64,000 bases of DNA from Centroscyllium fabricii (taxonomy: Eukaryota), in the NCBI GenBank assembly GCA_051313645.2, contig JBNRSN020000357.1:248001-312000 (forward strand), written 5' to 3'. Positions within the stretch are counted from its first letter, which is position 1, and each line of letters opens with the position of its first letter. The notes beneath the pieces were generated by a model. That model saw only the letters and a program-made list of their open reading frames with translations, searched no databases and was not told the origin of the DNA. The position numbers were made by a program, and so were the translations under genes. Of this stretch, positions 60,954 through 64,000 are shown piece by piece.

Positions 60954-62952
60954 GGCCAGAATTTTCGGTGCTCAGAGGGTGGGTTTGGAGTTGGATCCGC
61001 TGTCGAAATCGAAAAGATTGACAGTGGGGCAGGATCCCACTGTCAACCCATCTCCATGTCAGTTTCCCAAGTGTCGGATCTGTCTGTGCTTTACAGACCC
61101 GACACCAAGTGGCGGGTGAGCTAATTCAAATATTTAAGAGCTTTGTTAAAAGGTACTTAAACACCAGTTTATCATGTACTTACCATTTTACCGGCTTTTT
61201 CACGAGTTTCCTGGTGCTCAGGGATCACGTCAGATAAGTAGGTCAGGCTGCAAAAGTGGTATAAAAGCTACCATTTCACAGCTGTTCACTTTCCAATGTT
61301 AGAAGCTGGTGCCTTCAGGATTTGGAACACACTTTTCAGCTTTCTGCAGTTTGGAAGTGTTTGGAGTAAACTCTCTATCCACTGTCACTTCCTTAGAGCA
61401 ACCTCTCTCACCATTGACAGATCAATTCTGTCATCTCAACTTCAGCTGCCATCTATTCCAGCAGCATCAGTACCCTTGAAAAAATCTCACCTTGGTCCTC
61501 AGAATTCCATCACGATCAGCCCCAACACCAACATCAGCAAGCACACCAGCAGCACCGACCTGCTCTGCAATCACCTGATGCTGCACAGGACACAGGGCAT
61601 TAGCACCTGACCACATTGCTGCCCAGGAGGCCAGGGATGGCCTCACCATGGCCAGATTTACGTCAGTTGACGCTGTACATCCTGGCTGCCACATGATGCG
61701 CCAGGTTGGCACCACCCCACAGCAGCACCATAAAGCATCCCTGTAATGCCCAAGCCATTCCTTTCACATTCATCACCATCGCGGTGGGGGTGGGGGGGGG
61801 GGGGGGGGGAGGGGAGGGGAGGGGAGGGGTGGTAACATTATGCCTCACCATTCACTGCAACTCACTCAGCCACTTTCAAAGGTGCACACAAATCTGTCCA
61901 AGAAGGCAAAGTGTGGAAAATAAAGATTTCAATGTTTGCCAACACATCAACAGAAATTTTACATGAACATTGGCGAAAACATCCAATTGCTACCCTTGTG
62001 TGTTGTTAGTTGGTATGATTAGACAAGGCTGAGGGTGAGTGTGCAGGGTGACTAGTCAGATGGGGATGTGATAATGTAGATAGAGAGGGGGGTGGATGGA
62101 GGTGCAAGGTGAGTTGGTGTGAGTAAAGATGTGCAGGAGTAGGGTAGGGAGGCAGAGTAAAGGGGATGTGATGAGTGGCACAGCAGGATGAGACTGAGTG
62201 TGGCTTTGCAGTAACGTTTTGTGATCTATTGAGATCATTGAAAGGTTTGCGCCACTGCAGCCTGGTCCTCCTGATAACATCCCTGCTTGTGCCCTCCTGT
62301 GCAATGTGAAACCAGGCTGCTTTGATGTCCTGGGGAGATCTCTACCACCCATTGGAAGGGAAGGGAACCTCCCTATGTGCTATGGTGCACTCCATAAGCA
62401 TAAAGAAGGAATCATGGGTGAGCCTGGCTGCAGCCATGCACCATTGTGCAGTGCTTGTCGTTTTTGCAGCACCTCAATGCTGTAGAATACTGATAGCTCA
62501 CCTGTCAAAATGAATGTGCACATGGTCCCTTGAAGGAAACCGGCTGATCATGCATCATCAAACAAAGTCATTAGACCCGCTTCCTTTTAATGATAATAAT
62601 AATAATAATAATTCAACTTTATTGTCATTATACAATGTACAAGTACATGAACAATGAAATGTGATCTTGCAAGCTCCCAAGAGTCCAGCAAAGCCGCTGC
62701 ATCTGTGCGCGCCACATTCCATCTTTCCATCATTCCAACAATCTTCAGCCAACCGCCCCTCCCCGGGGCTCCTTTCGTGACCTTCTGCACCTGGTATTCC
62801 CTGGAGGTCACCCATCCAAGTACTAACCAGGCCTGGCTCTGCTTAGCTTCCAAGCCTTGCCAGTGGCCCTGTCCCTAGTCCCAGGAACAGGGTATTGGCT
62901 GGGAACCTCGCAAGGCGGGCTTAACAAGTGCAATCAATGAAAAATTCATCTC
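60954..62952. mobile_element. Decayed PIF/Harbinger-like DNA transposon derivative
   Basis: Ends GGCCAGAATTTTC / GAAAATTCATC and a minus-strand Myb/SANT-like remnant QWRKPFNDL (~62235-62260). A similar terminus restarts at ~63943. Boundaries are approximate. Confidence 0.4.
62590..62853 (-). mobile_element. 5S rRNA-derived SINE (SINE3-type) with Rex1-like 3' tail
   Basis: Minus strand GGAAGCTAAGCAGAGCCAGGCCTGGTTAGTACTTGGATGGGTGACCTCCAGGGAATACCAGGTGC corresponds to 5S rRNA nt ~47-117 (box A, IE, box C). A ~100-nt body follows, then the tail TCATTG...GTACTTGTAC...AATGACAATAAA-(ATT)n. Confidence 0.82.
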
Positions 62953-64000
62953 ACAGAGCAAGATGGCGCCTAGAGCAGAGTCGCAACGTACCACCTACCT
63001 CAATCACACTGAATCCGCCTTGCTAGGCGAAATCGCGGACCAAGTGTGTGTATATGGTGGAACAACCCAACAACTTTTAAAGCGGCTATGATGGCTGAGT
63101 GAATTATAAGAGGATTGCAGCTGTCTATGGAATCATATGGTAGCATTGATCTTTCAACCCCAATAATGATGTGAGTTGCCACTTTCACAACTCCAGCCTT
63201 GAAGCTCCACTGATAATGTTTAGGAATGTGGAGCCACGATTGAACCATGATTGCAAATATAATGCTGGCTGATACAGTCTTGATGCTATGCAACAATGTC
63301 AGAAAATAACGTTGGCCATTCAGAGTTACTCCCTGTAGTGAAACCACCTTGTTTAAAGTGTGCACACTTCCACAAGCAGGATGCAAGAAAAACAGTAATG
63401 ACAAAAAATGGCTGCTGCCAGCTCAACTGCTCCATGCCCTATCATTTCTATCCTGGCTACCCTTTATGTAGATTCTAAATGTGCCACCTTGGATTTCACT
63501 TCTTTTAGCATGGGTCTAGAAAAAAATGATGTGTGTTTTTTTTTCTTAAAACTGTCTATGTGTTGGCATGTTGCACAAGTACATATTGTGGTGGAGAAAG
63601 CATGGGCCACAGTTTGCTGTGGGAGTGAATCTAATGACATCTGCCATTAGTTAGACTTGTTCTTGCACGTTTCAGTTTTTTAACTTTTTGCGTGGCAAGT
63701 TGCTGAATGTGTGAGCTGATAACGTCACAGTGAGGGAAACAGAACACTTGAGACCTGAGTGAACAGGGCAAGCAACTGTGTTTCTCATTAATCAATCAGA
63801 TTGAAGGATTGAGAAATTAACAGTGCAAGGATTGAGAAGAAAGTGTAAATTAGATTGGGTGAATTCAATGTCAATTCAGGTACATAAAGGGAAATAAAGA
63901 GAGGGAAAGAAATATTGGATTAAGAGAGAGAGACACACACAAAGGGTTGGATTTTGGCAGTGCTCAGAGGGCGGGTTTGGAGGTGGATCAAAGGTTAAAA

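Noticed and set aside
61783-61830. Poly-G tract / poly-Pro ORF
   Set aside because: Simple homopolymer inside a decayed repeat, with length likely unreliable.
62781-62851. Functional 5S rRNA gene
   Set aside because: It lacks the first ~45 nt and the oligo-T terminator, has several substitutions, and continues into a SINE body and tail.

Overview
Vertebrate genomic DNA, most likely a cartilaginous fish, inferred from HE1/HER1-like, DeuSINE-like and Penelope-like repeats. It contains one protein-coding gene, the two-exon homeobox gene NKX2-1 (TTF-1), on the minus strand: CDS 46259-45881 joined to 44925-44255, 349 aa. The gene lies in an AT-rich, almost TE-free zone (~30-52 kb). The first ~26 kb is a strongly strand-asymmetric purine/GGGG-rich 9-10 bp minisatellite array with a 128-N gap. 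Three different decayed Ty3/Gypsy LTR elements (one carrying a Tc1/pogo-type MITE) and a Rex1-type LINE end have inserted into it. The long Pro/Ser/Leu and Arg/Gly ORFs over the array are artefacts. The most interesting signals are RNA-level mechanisms in the mobile DNA. (i) Two palindromic Penelope-like insertions carry minimal hammerhead ribozymes in both arms and have clean TSDs, and a third ~100-bp insertion starts essentially at the predicted hammerhead cleavage site. (ii) A young non-coding LTR element (two 969-bp LTRs, 169-bp core) has a Tf1/sushi-type self-priming site instead of a tRNA PBS. (iii) A 5S rRNA-headed SINE has a tail matching the Rex1 LINE copies in this window. All calls were made by eye; no database searches were run.
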